From contig CAZCJJ010000001.1 in assembly GCA_964499045.1 (NCBI GenBank), forward strand, positions 1,390-65,389: a DNA stretch of 64,000 bases, read 5' to 3'. A program made the position numbers and the translations under genes. The notes under the pieces were generated by a model that did no database searches, was not told where the DNA came from, and saw nothing but the letters and a program-made list of their open reading frames with translations. The stretch is from an uncultured Opitutales bacterium (GTDB lineage Bacteria; Verrucomicrobiota; Verrucomicrobiia; Opitutales; CAZCJJ01). Shown here one piece after another: positions 8,680 through 18,212 of this stretch (positions are counted from its first letter, which is position 1; each line of letters starts with the position of its first letter).

Positions 8680-10038
8680 TTAGTGTTTAATGAGGCGCTT
8701 TTTTACTTCCTGTTGCAAAGCCTGCCCCCATTCCCGCAGTGAATGGTTTTGCTTCCATCCTTTGTTGTCGAAGTGGTGTACGCAGGTTTCCCAGATGGCC
8801 CCTGCGTCAGCCATGGGGTAGCCACTCTTTTCCCGCTGTTGGCGGCGGGCAATGGCTTGGCTGGCCGCCTCAAGGAAATCGGTGTGCACTGACCCCGGAG
8901 TCAAATGGGACTGCAGGTGCTCTCTGCCTTGCTGTCCCATGGCTTGTCGTTCCTTGTCCCCCAGCGCAAGCAGTTGTCTTAAGCTTTCGGCCAGAGCCTG
9001 GCCATTGCTATCCGGAGTGAAAGTGAATCCGTTGTGACCGTTTTCGATGAGGTAGGCTGCTCCGGCTGCCGTGGAAAGAATAAGTGGGGTCGCTGAATCC
9101 AGTGCTTCGAGCGCGGTGAAATTCAAGGTATCCCAGAGGGAGGGAACGAGACAGGCAAAGGCCCGGGACCTCAGTTGTTTGAGTTCCTCACGGGGTACCG
9201 GCTTTTTCCATTGAAAGCGGGTTCCCCAGGATTCGGGGTATTCCCTGGCCAATTTCAAACTCAGAGGCTCACCACTGACCGGGTCTTGGGTATCACCGCC
9301 ATACCAGTGGATTTCCGGCATACCGGCTTCAACCGGAATGTGTTTCAAGGCGCGGAGCACCTGTTCCGGCCCCTTCCAGGACTGGAGCCTTCCGGCACAG
9401 AGTATATAGGACGGGGAAGCGGATCTGCTGCTAGGGGGGGTATCTTCTCCCAACACCCAGGGAGGACGGGTGAAGCCGATGTCGGCATATCCCTGCTCCT
9501 GCCAGAATGTGGTATTGGCCGGGCTGTAGGCGTGAATGAAGTCGGCCTGTTGGAGACTGAGCGTTTCCCAGGCCTGAACGCGTTGTCGGTCGGGTGCAGA
9601 TTGGGATGCAGGGGAGTGGTATTGCATTTGCCCGAGTGTTCCGTGAGCGGTGACGAGGAGCGGGGGGAACTCCGGGCCACTCAGAAAGCTTCCCAGACCG
9701 AGAAAGTCGGCAGTCACTACCAGATCAAACGAATCTTTGGGCAAAGCTTTCCTGAGCCAACGTCTCGCTGCCAGTCCGCTGGCGAGGACGGAACGGACCA
9801 GCGGGTGATCTCCGGGAAAACAGCGGTCTGCGGCGACCTGCAGTGCGGACCTTTCGTCGGTCAGATTTACGGTTTGAAAATTGGATTTGGGAGCGGGACC
9901 TCGTGATGGATACGTTTCAAAATAAGCAAGGGTAACGTTTTCTCCGGTGCTCTGGAGGCATTGGGCCAGAGCCTGATAGTAGGTGGAGATTCCGCCCGGG
10001 TGGGGCAGGTACTCGGGGGTGATGATAAGGATATGCAA
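8680..10038 (-). CDS. Glycosyltransferase family 1 (GT4-like)
   Basis: ILIITPEYLPHPGGISTY N-terminus and C-terminal FACLVPSLWDTLNFTALEALDSATPLILSTAAGAAYLIENGHNGF (the E-x7-E region). TTG at 10038 is the only possible start, because the in-frame stop shared with rpe lies 12 nt upstream. Confidence 0.75.
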   Translation of the reverse strand: MHILIITPEYLPHPGGISTYYQALAQCLQSTGENVTLAYFETYPSRGPAPKSNFQTVNLTDERSALQVAADRCFPGDHPLVRSVLASGLAARRWLRKALPKDSFDLVVTADFLGLGSFLSGPEFPPLLVTAHGTLGQMQYHSPASQSAPDRQRVQAWETLSLQQADFIHAYSPANTTFWQEQGYADIGFTRPPWVLGEDTPPSSRSASPSYILCAGRLQSWKGPEQVLRALKHIPVEAGMPEIHWYGGDTQDPVSGEPLSLKLAREYPESWGTRFQWKKPVPREELKQLRSRAFACLVPSLWDTLNFTALEALDSATPLILSTAAGAAYLIENGHNGFTFTPDSNGQALAESLRQLLALGDKERQAMGQQGREHLQSHLTPGSVHTDFLEAASQAIARRQQREKSGYPMADAGAIWETCVHHFDNKGWKQNHSLREWGQALQQEVKKRLIKH

Positions 10039-10050
10039 GGCTCGACAGTT

Positions 10051-10713
10051 TTATTCCTGGAGGCGTTGAACAAAGTCCAAACGGTCGGCGGCCTTGAAGA
10101 AAGCGGTTCCGGCGACGAGGGTGTCCGCACCCGCCTCCAAGCATTGTTTTCCGGTTTCGAGATCGACTCCACCGTCCACTTCCAGGCGCCAGGGATAGTG
10201 GTGTTTGCAGCGCCATTCGTTGACTAAGCTGATTTTTTCGAGGACATCGTCGCGGAAGGCCTGGCCTCCGAAACCGGGTTGTACGGTCATCAGCAACACC
10301 AGATCAACATGATCAAGGTAGGGGAGGATCACTTCCGCCGGAGTATCGGGATTGATGGAGATCCCGCACTGTGCCCCCTGTTCCCGGATGGAATGCAGGG
10401 TTTCGGCATGGGCATAGTGCGGTTCGGCGTGGATGGTGACGTTGTCGGCTCCAGCCTTGATGAATGCGTCAATATGGCGATCAGGGTTCGCCAACATGAG
10501 GTGGACATCAAAAAACAATTTGGAGTGCGGGCGGAGGTCTTGTACCGTCTTTGGGCCAAAGGTCAGGTTCGGGACAAAATGCCCGTCCATGATGTCAATG
10601 TGGAGCCAGGAGACATTCGGTGTGGTCTCGGCTTCTTTTAAACTATCAGCCAGATGGGCATGATCTCCTGCCAGGATTGAGGGGGCGACAACTCTGGTAT
10701 GGCGGATACTCAT
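10051..10713 (-). CDS. rpe: Ribulose-phosphate 3-epimerase
   Basis: APSILAGDHAHLADSLKEAE...WLHIDIMDGHFVPNLTFGP...FDVHLM...VLLMTVQPGFGGQAF are classic Rpe motifs. Confidence 0.9.
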   Translation of the reverse strand: MSIRHTRVVAPSILAGDHAHLADSLKEAETTPNVSWLHIDIMDGHFVPNLTFGPKTVQDLRPHSKLFFDVHLMLANPDRHIDAFIKAGADNVTIHAEPHYAHAETLHSIREQGAQCGISINPDTPAEVILPYLDHVDLVLLMTVQPGFGGQAFRDDVLEKISLVNEWRCKHHYPWRLEVDGGVDLETGKQCLEAGADTLVAGTAFFKAADRLDFVQRLQE

Positions 10714-10719
10714 CGGTAT

Positions 10720-11232
10720 TTACCAGACGGAGGTGACAATATCGTTTATTGCCCGGGCCATTTTGCGGGTGAGCACAGGCATCGCCTGATATTCAGCAGT
10801 CTGGAAACCACCCTGGACAAAAGCCTGTTGGGTAACGGTGACCGGACGCTCTTTGATGTAGGAGTTGCCGGTCCGTGTATCCTGTAGATGAATATTGGCT
10901 GAAAGGGTCAGGTCGAAGGACTGGGCCCGCCCGGTATCCTGAGGCAGGGTAGCTCCGACATTGCGGAAATAATTCACTACCTGAACACTGAGGATGGCAT
11001 CGGCCTCTTCTTTGGAGGTGACCTTTACCCGTCCCCCCTGGAGGAGGCTTTCGATGATGTCGTCGGTCAGCAGGGCCTGTACCTGCGGTGCGTAGGACTG
11101 GTTGGTGACCGGCTCGACGTAGACGGTTTTAAAAGGCAACTCTCCCGGCGGACCGAGTCGGTAACTGGAGCAGGCGGAGCCTGCGAAGAGGAAGAGCAAG
11201 GCAAGGCTCAGGGGCAGATAGAAAGATTTCAT
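10720..11232 (-). CDS. lptE: LptE-like LPS-assembly lipoprotein
   Basis: Lipobox LFAGSAC followed by SSYRLG (compare E. coli CGWHLR). QTAEYQ motif near the C-terminus, as in E. coli LptE (GQTAEYQM). About 170 aa. Confidence 0.6.
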   Translation of the reverse strand: MKSFYLPLSLALLFLFAGSACSSYRLGPPGELPFKTVYVEPVTNQSYAPQVQALLTDDIIESLLQGGRVKVTSKEEADAILSVQVVNYFRNVGATLPQDTGRAQSFDLTLSANIHLQDTRTGNSYIKERPVTVTQQAFVQGGFQTAEYQAMPVLTRKMARAINDIVTSVW

Positions 11233-11243
11233 GGTACGGATAC

Positions 11244-12587
11244 TTAGTTGCCTGCGGGCAGGTCGGGGTTGGCGGCATTGTCTCTTTGCAGACGGTCGGT
11301 GGCACGTTGTTCGGTGGTGTCAGGACCCGGTTGTTCGACCGGGGTTAGCACGCCCTCTTCAAAAACGGCTCCGGTGACGGGGTCAGTGAGCGGCATGCCC
11401 ACGCCTTCAAAGGTTTGTTCGGTACCGTCAACAAACTCTTCTTCGGCCATGGCTCCCGGTGTTTCCAAAAAGGCTTCGGTTTGCTGAATCTGGAAGGCAT
11501 CATCCTCCATTGCATCGACCTCAGACTGTTCTTCGTAGTTCTTGAGATTGGGATTGTGATAGCGTCCGAATATCCAGTCCACAGGGGTACGCGGAGCCGG
11601 GACACCCTCCTCTATCTTCTTTATGGCTTTCCGTGCCCGCTCGGCGGAAGGGCTGTTGGGGTCGAGGGTGATGGCCTCATTATAGAAAACAAGAGCCGCC
11701 CGGTTGTTGTTGCGGTAGCGGTAATAGAATTCACCCAGGTTGTATTTGCTTTGGGCGAGTGTTTCGCGCATGTAGTACAGGCCGGCTTCCGCAAGGTAGG
11801 CTCCGTTGCTGCCGGGATAAAGGATGAGGTAGTCCTGGTAATAGCGGATTGCCTCACGGGTCGCTCCCTGATCGTAATTGGCACCCTGGACCATGTCCGA
11901 ATACGTTTGGGCCAAGCCGAGGTAGGCATCGGGGGTCAGGGTGCTTTGCGGATAGTCGTTGATCAGACGGTCCAGTGCGTCGATCGCATCTTCCGGCCGT
12001 TTCTCACGATTGGCGACTTCGGCGATGTGCATGAGGGAAAGAGGGGCATATTCGCTGAAGGGGGCGTTCTGGACCACCCCTTCATAAACATCCACCGCCT
12101 GCCCATAATCGCGGAACCAGGGAATGACACCCCAGAAGTAGGGCCGTGCACCAACCCGGATCCTGTCGGCAAGATCGTACATGCCGATGATAACCTGATT
12201 GAATTTCGGGTAATCCGGATAGCGCCTCAATATTTCGAGGTACTCATCAAAGGACCGCTTGAACTGGTGGCGCTCTTCGTAGATACGCCCGCGTTGATAG
12301 TGGGCCTCTGGTGCGAGGATGGAGGTGGAGTATTTGTTGATGACTTCCTTGTACAGGCTGAGTGCTTTCCAGTTGTTTCCTTTTTCCTGTAAAGCGCGGG
12401 CCTCATTCATCAGCTCAACGCCGGTCTGCCCCTCCGGAGTGCCGAGGAAAGGTTCGAGGACTCCGCCACGGGCCTGCCATCCGGCATCAGGGGTCCAGAC
12501 CAGATCAGCCGACAGCGGCGAGGCCACTGTTGCGAGAAGGGTTATCAGCAGAATGGAAAAGCGTCTCATAGGTAGTAGAGTGAGCAT
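11244..12587 (-). CDS. bamD: BamD/YfiO-like outer-membrane assembly TPR lipoprotein with acidic C-terminal tail
   Basis: Start re-set to the ATG at 12587 (MLTLLPMRRFSILLITLLATVASPLSA). The track ORF start at 12821 would overlap fabH by about 150 nt. TPR content ALSLYKEVINKYSTSILAPEAHYQRGRIYEERHQFKRSFDEYLEILRRYPDYP is typical of BamD. Confidence 0.65.
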   Translation of the reverse strand: MLTLLPMRRFSILLITLLATVASPLSADLVWTPDAGWQARGGVLEPFLGTPEGQTGVELMNEARALQEKGNNWKALSLYKEVINKYSTSILAPEAHYQRGRIYEERHQFKRSFDEYLEILRRYPDYPKFNQVIIGMYDLADRIRVGARPYFWGVIPWFRDYGQAVDVYEGVVQNAPFSEYAPLSLMHIAEVANREKRPEDAIDALDRLINDYPQSTLTPDAYLGLAQTYSDMVQGANYDQGATREAIRYYQDYLILYPGSNGAYLAEAGLYYMRETLAQSKYNLGEFYYRYRNNNRAALVFYNEAITLDPNSPSAERARKAIKKIEEGVPAPRTPVDWIFGRYHNPNLKNYEEQSEVDAMEDDAFQIQQTEAFLETPGAMAEEEFVDGTEQTFEGVGMPLTDPVTGAVFEEGVLTPVEQPGPDTTEQRATDRLQRDNAANPDLPAGN

Positions 12588-12669
12588 GAAGGACAATTCG
12601 GTGGCAATGGTAAAGAATGGTAATGGCTGATGAGATATCCGGGGTGGTGTAAGAGGGTCACTCCGTTGC

Positions 12670-13683
12670 TCAGGGCCAGCGAATGGGGGTGGCGGCCCAA
12701 GTGAGGCCGGCCCCGAAGGCGACCAGCATGAGGTAGTCACCGGAACCGAAACGCTGGAGCCGTCTCGCTTCTTCCAGTGCCAGCGGAATGGAGGCGGCGG
12801 AAGTGTTGCCGAAGCGGTCAATGTTGATCAGAAAACGGTCCATCGAGACTTGCAGGCGTTTAGCCAGAGAATCAATGATGCGGATATTGGCCTGATGGGG
12901 AATGAAGCAGGCAACCTGATCGGGACTCAGTCCATTTTTCTCCAGACTGTTAAGTACAGCTTCACCCATTTCCCTGACAGCCAGTTTGAAGACTTCCTTG
13001 CCATTCATTTTGAGGCAATGGCCGCGGGCATCTACGGTCGCATGGGAGGCCGGAGAGGCAACCCCGCCCGAAGGCATGTGGAGCAGGCTCGGTACGGCCC
13101 CGTCTGCCCCCAGAACCGCGTCGAGAACTCCGTATCCGGGCTCACCGCCTGCCTGTAATACACAGGCTCCGGCTCCATCGCCAAAGAGGACACAGGTGCT
13201 GCGGTCCTGCCAGTCCAAAATGGATGACATTTTTTCCGCTCCGATGATCAGGGCGTTGCGATATAGGCCCGATCGCATCATTTGGGTTCCGACTTCCAGC
13301 ATGTAGAGAAAGCCGGAACAGGCTGCAACAATATCAAAAGCCGGAATGTGCCTTAATCCCAATTTGTGCTGCACGATGCAGGCTGTTGAAGGGAAGGGCA
13401 TATCAGGGCTCATGGTAGCCACGATCAACAGGTCCACTTCTTCCGGTGTAATCCCTGCATCCTGAATGGCTGCCCGTCCGGCCTCCACGGCCAAATCGGA
13501 CGTGAGCACTCCTTCCGTCGCCAGTCGTCTTTCACTAATGCCGGAACGGGTGCGTATCCATTCGTCTGAGGTCTCGACCCGCTGGGCAAGATCGTTGTTG
13601 GTGATAATGTTTTCGGGGGCGTAAACGCCGATTCCCTTGATGAGGACGGAAGTTTTTGTGGCGGCCATTGTAAGAGACTGCAT
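12670..13683 (-). CDS. fabH: 3-oxoacyl-ACP synthase III
   Basis: [18 protein letters not shown], active-site [34 protein letters not shown]. The alternative start at Met6 (13668) cannot be excluded. Confidence 0.9.
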   Translation of the reverse strand: MQSLTMAATKTSVLIKGIGVYAPENIITNNDLAQRVETSDEWIRTRSGISERRLATEGVLTSDLAVEAGRAAIQDAGITPEEVDLLIVATMSPDMPFPSTACIVQHKLGLRHIPAFDIVAACSGFLYMLEVGTQMMRSGLYRNALIIGAEKMSSILDWQDRSTCVLFGDGAGACVLQAGGEPGYGVLDAVLGADGAVPSLLHMPSGGVASPASHATVDARGHCLKMNGKEVFKLAVREMGEAVLNSLEKNGLSPDQVACFIPHQANIRIIDSLAKRLQVSMDRFLINIDRFGNTSAASIPLALEEARRLQRFGSGDYLMLVAFGAGLTWAATPIRWP

Positions 13684-13944
13684 GGGTGGCCCGAATCCAT
13701 CCCTGTTTCGTGGAATGAATCCAGTCCGGTCCCGAAGCTCCAGCCGGATGCGATCCGGGATGGAGCCAGATAAAAAATAAAGGCGCCATTGGAAGATTCT
13801 GCTCCGGTGGATGCAAGTCTTTAGTCGCTGGTATGGGCGGGATTGTTATGCCCCCCGCTCCCGACCCTCGTTTTTACAAACGCAGTTATCAATTGCCTTC
13901 GTTTAGTCTTGCCAATCGTCGAAAAAGTTAAAAATATAGCAAAT

Positions 13945-14997
13945 ATGCTCAAAGTGGGAATTTGCGGTTTTGGTTTTATGGGCCAGATGCATGCCGGGAT
14001 TTACCGTAAGCTTGCCGGGGTGGAATGTGTTTGCGTGGTGGAAACGGCCCCTGGGGCGCTGGAGATTCTCCGCACCACATATCCTGAAATCCGGGTATAC
14101 GGGAGCCTGGAATTGGCTCTGGCGGAGGAGAAACTGGATGCGATAGATCTTTGTCTGCCGACCTGGTTGCACGAGGAGGCAGGGCTTCAGGTCATTCGGG
14201 CCGGAATCCCTCTTTTTTGTGAAAAACCACTGGCATTAACCGTGGCTTCCGGACGGCGCTTGGTCGATGCCGCCGCAGGCGCGGGCGTACCTTTAATGGT
14301 GGGGCACTGCATGCGTTTCTGGGAGGAGTTTGGTATCCTGAATAACTTTATCCAGAGCGGAGAGGCGGGTCTCCTGAAAAATCTCCACCTTTACCGCCGG
14401 ACAGGGCGCCCTTCGCCCGACCCGGAGCACTGGGTGAATCAGGAGGCCTTGTGCCGCGGGGCGGCGCTAGACCTGCACATCCATGACGTCGATGTACTCC
14501 ACTGGTTGTTGGGCGTCCCCGCCAGTGTGCGGAGTTGCGGAGTTCATCAGTCATCCGGTTGGGACAGTATTGCCACGCAATACGAATATCCAGGCAAACT
14601 GGTGACTGCGGAAGGTGGCTGGGATTATCCGCCTGGCTGGCCTTTCCGGATGGGGTACATGGCCTCCTTTACGGGAGGGGTTCTCGAATACGACAGTCGC
14701 AAGGGCCCCGGGGTTGGTTTCTATCCCTTGAACGGTGAAGCCCGTCGGATTGAAGGCCGCGGTTCGGATCAGGCGGATTCATTCAAGGGCGGGGGCAACA
14801 TCAGCGATATGGGGGCCTATTACCATCAGCTGGCTTATTTTGTGGATTGCCTCCGGAAAGGGCGGGCGATCGAAATCAACACTGGGCTTCAAGCCCTGCA
14901 AACTTTGGCTATTGCAGAAGCGGAAATCACCTCCTGCGAAAGTGGAGGAAAATCGGTGTGTGCAACTTTGGGCAATCAACAAGCCACGCTCTCATGA
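13945..14997 (+). CDS. Gfo/Idh/MocA-family oxidoreductase
   Basis: Start re-set to the ATG at 13945 (MLKVGICGFGFMGQMH Rossmann motif). FCEKPLA motif. The stop codon lies inside a REP-like repeat. Confidence 0.8.
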   Translation: MLKVGICGFGFMGQMHAGIYRKLAGVECVCVVETAPGALEILRTTYPEIRVYGSLELALAEEKLDAIDLCLPTWLHEEAGLQVIRAGIPLFCEKPLALTVASGRRLVDAAAGAGVPLMVGHCMRFWEEFGILNNFIQSGEAGLLKNLHLYRRTGRPSPDPEHWVNQEALCRGAALDLHIHDVDVLHWLLGVPASVRSCGVHQSSGWDSIATQYEYPGKLVTAEGGWDYPPGWPFRMGYMASFTGGVLEYDSRKGPGVGFYPLNGEARRIEGRGSDQADSFKGGGNISDMGAYYHQLAYFVDCLRKGRAIEINTGLQALQTLAIAEAEITSCESGGKSVCATLGNQQATLS

Positions 14998-15031
14998 GCG
15001 CAGCTACGTAGCCGCCTTCATGAGAAGGTGG
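14984..15031. repeat. REP-like 24-nt hairpin units, back-to-back inverted pair
   Basis: CCACGCTCTCATGAGCGCAGCTAC is immediately followed by GTAGCCGCCTTCATGAGAAGGTGG. The same family occurs at 23887, 23925, 23978, 28890, 28964, 29002, 60438 and 60490. Confidence 0.8.
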
Positions 15032-15068
15032 ACCCACGGTTATAAAGAGGGACGAAAAAGGAGACATT

Positions 15069-16106
15069 ATGGAAAATAAAATCAGAATCATATTAGTTGG
15101 AGGCGGGTTCATGGGTTCCATGCACGCGCAGTCTTATCGTCAAATTCCCGGAGCCGAGGTGGTTGCGGTGGTTTGCCTCAGCGGCGATCAGGCGAAAAAG
15201 AAGATGAAGACGATTGGCTGGGATGTGCCGGTCTATTCGAAACTGTCGGATGCTTTGGCAGAGGTTCCGGCCGCAGTGGTGGATGTTTGCACCCCCACTG
15301 ATACCCATGCGACGCTGGCAATCGAGGCGATGCGGGCGGGCAAGGCTGTTTTCTGCGAAAAACCGGTTTGCCTGAACAAGGAACAGGCCGAAGCCATGCT
15401 GGCAGTCCAGCAGGAAACCGGAGCGGTGGTTCAGGTTGGCCATTGCATCCGCTTCTGGCCCGAATACAAGAAGTTCAAGGAGATCCTGGAGGAGGGCTCT
15501 CTGGGCAAGCTTTGCAGTCTCAGTTTGCAGCGGCGCGCCGGACGCCCGGGCTATAGCACGGATGACTGGCTGAACAAGGGTGACCGCAGTGGTGGTGCGG
15601 CCCTTGATTTGCATATCCATGACACGGATTTCATCCTCAGTATTCTCGGCACCCCACGGAGTGTGCGCTCGCAGGCCACAGTGGACTACAGCGGTCCCAG
15701 TCATATCTTTACCCAGTATGATTATGAGGGGCTGGCGGTGACGGCGGAAGGTGGATGGAATTATCCTCCGGAATGGGGTTTTGTCATGAGCCTGCAGGCC
15801 GTATTTGCCAAGGGGGCAGTGGAGTTCGCGGTGGGGGATGAAAATTATTTTCACCTTACCCGGCAGGACGGAAAGAAGGAAACGATTGAGTTGAAAGAGG
15901 CGGATGACAGCGGTTCTTCCAGTACAGGGGAAGGCAATATCTCCAGTCTCGGTGCCTACCATGCCGAATTGGTTTACTTTATCGATTGCATCGACAAAAG
16001 TCAGTCCCCGGAAATCGCCACTTTGGAACAGGCCGTGGAATCCGTCCGCGTCACTACGGCGGAAATTGAATCAGCCCGGACGGAGAGCTCCCTCGTTTTG
16101 GAATAA
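15069..16106 (+). CDS. Gfo/Idh/MocA-family oxidoreductase (second copy)
   Basis: IRIILVGGGFMGSMHA Rossmann motif, FCEKPV, and a good SD (aaggag) 8 nt upstream. Confidence 0.8.
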   Translation: MENKIRIILVGGGFMGSMHAQSYRQIPGAEVVAVVCLSGDQAKKKMKTIGWDVPVYSKLSDALAEVPAAVVDVCTPTDTHATLAIEAMRAGKAVFCEKPVCLNKEQAEAMLAVQQETGAVVQVGHCIRFWPEYKKFKEILEEGSLGKLCSLSLQRRAGRPGYSTDDWLNKGDRSGGAALDLHIHDTDFILSILGTPRSVRSQATVDYSGPSHIFTQYDYEGLAVTAEGGWNYPPEWGFVMSLQAVFAKGAVEFAVGDENYFHLTRQDGKKETIELKEADDSGSSSTGEGNISSLGAYHAELVYFIDCIDKSQSPEIATLEQAVESVRVTTAEIESARTESSLVLE

Positions 16107-16142
16107 TCTGAAAACAACAAAAATAAAAAGCATTCTGATATA

Positions 16143-16991
16143 ATGAAAAAAGCAATCAACATATGGTCCTTTCCGGGTGATGTGTCCTGGGAGGAAAAAC
16201 TGCAATGGGCGAAATCCGCCGGGTTTGCCGGGTTTGAAGTCGATCTTTCCGAAGACGGGGTGGTGAACATGGAATCCACTCCGGCGGACTTGGCCCAGGT
16301 CAGAGAGTCGGCGGAAAAGGCGGGCCTTCAGCTCACATCTCTTGCGACCGGCATGTATTGGGGCGCGAATCCGGTTAGCGCCGATGTGGCAGTTCGTGAC
16401 CGTGCCCGGGCGATTCTTGAGAAACAGATTACCAGTGCGGCAGCACTCGGACTGGATGCTATTTTGGTGGTGCCGGGCAGCGTTGGGGCCGACTTTATCC
16501 CCGGCAGCGAGGTGGTGCCCTACGATCTCGCCTACGAGCGGGCGACAGCATTTATCAAGGAGGCGTTGCCTTTGGCTGAGGAAAACAAGGTGGTGATTGG
16601 GATAGAGAATGTCTGGAACAAATTCTTGCTCAGCCCCTTGGAAATGCGTGCTTTTATCGACCAGTTCGGGAGCGAATATGTGGGGGCCTATCTCGATGTG
16701 GGCAATACCTTGGCACTGGGCTACCCTGAGCACTGGATTCCGGTTCTGGGCTCGCGCATTCGCCGGGTTCATTTCAAGGATTACCGGCGGGCCGTGGGTT
16801 CGGTCGACGGATTTGTCGATCTCCTTTCCGGAGATGTCAACTGGCCGGCTGTGGTTTCAAGCCTGCGTTCTGTTGGCTATGAAGGCTGGGTTGCCGCGGA
16901 AATGATCCCCCCGGCTCCATTCTACAAGTATTCTCCGGAAACACTGATCCACAATACCAGCCGCGCCATGGATGACATTTTCTCGTTGTGA
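16143..16991 (+). CDS. Sugar phosphate isomerase/epimerase (xylose-isomerase-like TIM barrel)
   Basis: Pattern GFAGFEV...VIGIENVWNKFL...YLDVGN...VHFKDY is typical of the AP-endonuclease-2/xylose-isomerase-like TIM barrel family. Confidence 0.7.
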   Translation: MKKAINIWSFPGDVSWEEKLQWAKSAGFAGFEVDLSEDGVVNMESTPADLAQVRESAEKAGLQLTSLATGMYWGANPVSADVAVRDRARAILEKQITSAAALGLDAILVVPGSVGADFIPGSEVVPYDLAYERATAFIKEALPLAEENKVVIGIENVWNKFLLSPLEMRAFIDQFGSEYVGAYLDVGNTLALGYPEHWIPVLGSRIRRVHFKDYRRAVGSVDGFVDLLSGDVNWPAVVSSLRSVGYEGWVAAEMIPPAPFYKYSPETLIHNTSRAMDDIFSL

Positions 16992-17002
16992 ATGGGTAGC
17001 TT

Positions 17003-17087
17003 TTTAGGGGTTTAGGCGGTAGGCTGTAGGGGTTTCGGGGTTTTGGTGTCCGTCCCCCTACAGGCTAAACAGCTAAAACCTAAACCC
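17003..17087. repeat. G-rich TTTAGG(G)-like degenerate repeat tract forming an imperfect long hairpin
   Basis: tttaggggtttaggcggtaggctgtaggggtttcgggg ... cccctacaggctaaacagctaaaacctaaaccc. Related tracts lie at 55921-55994, 58898-58935 and, in reverse orientation, about 18165-18200. Confidence 0.7.
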
Positions 17088-17150
17088 GCATATCTCACCG
17101 GCTTCTGTCTCGACAAGGGGTGCGGGCAGCGCATTGGATAGAGCTTTGTG

Positions 17151-18095
17151 ATGATGAGCTACACCACATTGCTGGCTGCGGTGCTCCCTGTTTTTGCGAT
17201 TGCGGGGCTAGGGTGTGGCGCGCGTGCCTGGAAATGGGTATCGGCCGAGGGCGAACAAAGTCTGGTCAAGGTGGTGGTGAACCTGCTGTATCCCTGCCTG
17301 GTCTTTAAATTTGTCGTGGGCAATGACAGTTTGCGCGATGTCGGCCTGCTGGCAACCGCAGCCGGTATCGGTTTTGTTATAGTTGCCGCCAGTATTTACC
17401 TGAGTCTGTTCGCAAGTCGCTGGCTCCGGATGCCGGATGTCGGAGATCGACGTTCCTTTGCCCTGACCAGCGGGGTGTACAATTACGGCTACATTGCCAT
17501 TCCGGTGGCGACTGTTCTGTTTGATCCCGCAACCATCGGGGTGATGCTGGTGTTGAGCCTCGGAGTAGAAGTCGCCATCTGGTCCGTTGGTATGATCGTG
17601 CTGACCGGTGCGACCTCCTTGTCTATGTGGAAGAAAATGGTATCGCCTCCCATTGTAGCCATGTTGGTAGCGGTTCCTCTCAATTTTGCCCATGGAGGGG
17701 ACTGGCTGCCGGGATTCATCCTCAAAACCTTTCACATGTTGGGTGACTGTGCCATCCCGATGGCGGTGTTCATGGTCGGCACAAGTTTCTATGATCTTGG
17801 CCGGGGCGCCCGGCTGGCGAGCAATCCCCGGGTGGCCATTCTCAGTGTCGCCATGCGTTTGGGCATTCTGCCGATTCTCATGTTGACCCTGACCTTCCTG
17901 CCGATTTCCCTCGAACTGAAGCAGGTGATTGTCGTACATGCGGCCATGCCTTGCGGTATTTTCACTATCATCATGGCCAAAATGTACATCAATCGCGGGT
18001 TGGTTGCCTTGCAGGCCGTCCTGGCCACCACTTTTGTCGCCCTGATCACCATGCCGCTGTGGCTCCGCCTTGGGATCAGTTTGATTTCCGAATAA
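17151..18095 (+). CDS. AEC-family (auxin efflux carrier-like) membrane transporter
   Basis: About 10 hydrophobic helices. The N-terminus LLAAVLPVFAIAGLG and overall length fit the AEC/membrane transport protein family. Start moved to the first ATG, since the track start is GTG at 17148. Confidence 0.6.
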   Translation: MMSYTTLLAAVLPVFAIAGLGCGARAWKWVSAEGEQSLVKVVVNLLYPCLVFKFVVGNDSLRDVGLLATAAGIGFVIVAASIYLSLFASRWLRMPDVGDRRSFALTSGVYNYGYIAIPVATVLFDPATIGVMLVLSLGVEVAIWSVGMIVLTGATSLSMWKKMVSPPIVAMLVAVPLNFAHGGDWLPGFILKTFHMLGDCAIPMAVFMVGTSFYDLGRGARLASNPRVAILSVAMRLGILPILMLTLTFLPISLELKQVIVVHAAMPCGIFTIIMAKMYINRGLVALQAVLATTFVALITMPLWLRLGISLISE

Positions 18096-18212
18096 TCGCC
18101 TCCATCTTTTTCAACCTCGCAAAACCTTGGGCTCTTTGGGTTTTGGCGTGAGATTCCAACGTTGCCTCTCTGCCCTAAATACCTACAGCCTAAAATTCAA
18201 CTATTCATTATC

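Noticed and set aside
11415-12392. Other long antisense ORFs: 11415-12392 +, 15093-15962 -, 20035-20787 +, 26402-27124 -, 47236-48132 -, 55221-55904 +, 62881-63741 -.
   Set aside because: Each lies opposite a gene with strong family motifs (bamD, oxidoreductase, porin, ttpC-like, the 900-aa protein, kbl, glmM), and none has a motif of its own.
12588-12821. 78-codon N-terminal extension of the BamD-like ORF in the track.
   Set aside because: It would overlap the 3' end of fabH by about 150 nt and translates to a Pro/Ser-rich sequence. A proper signal peptide starts at the ATG at 12587.
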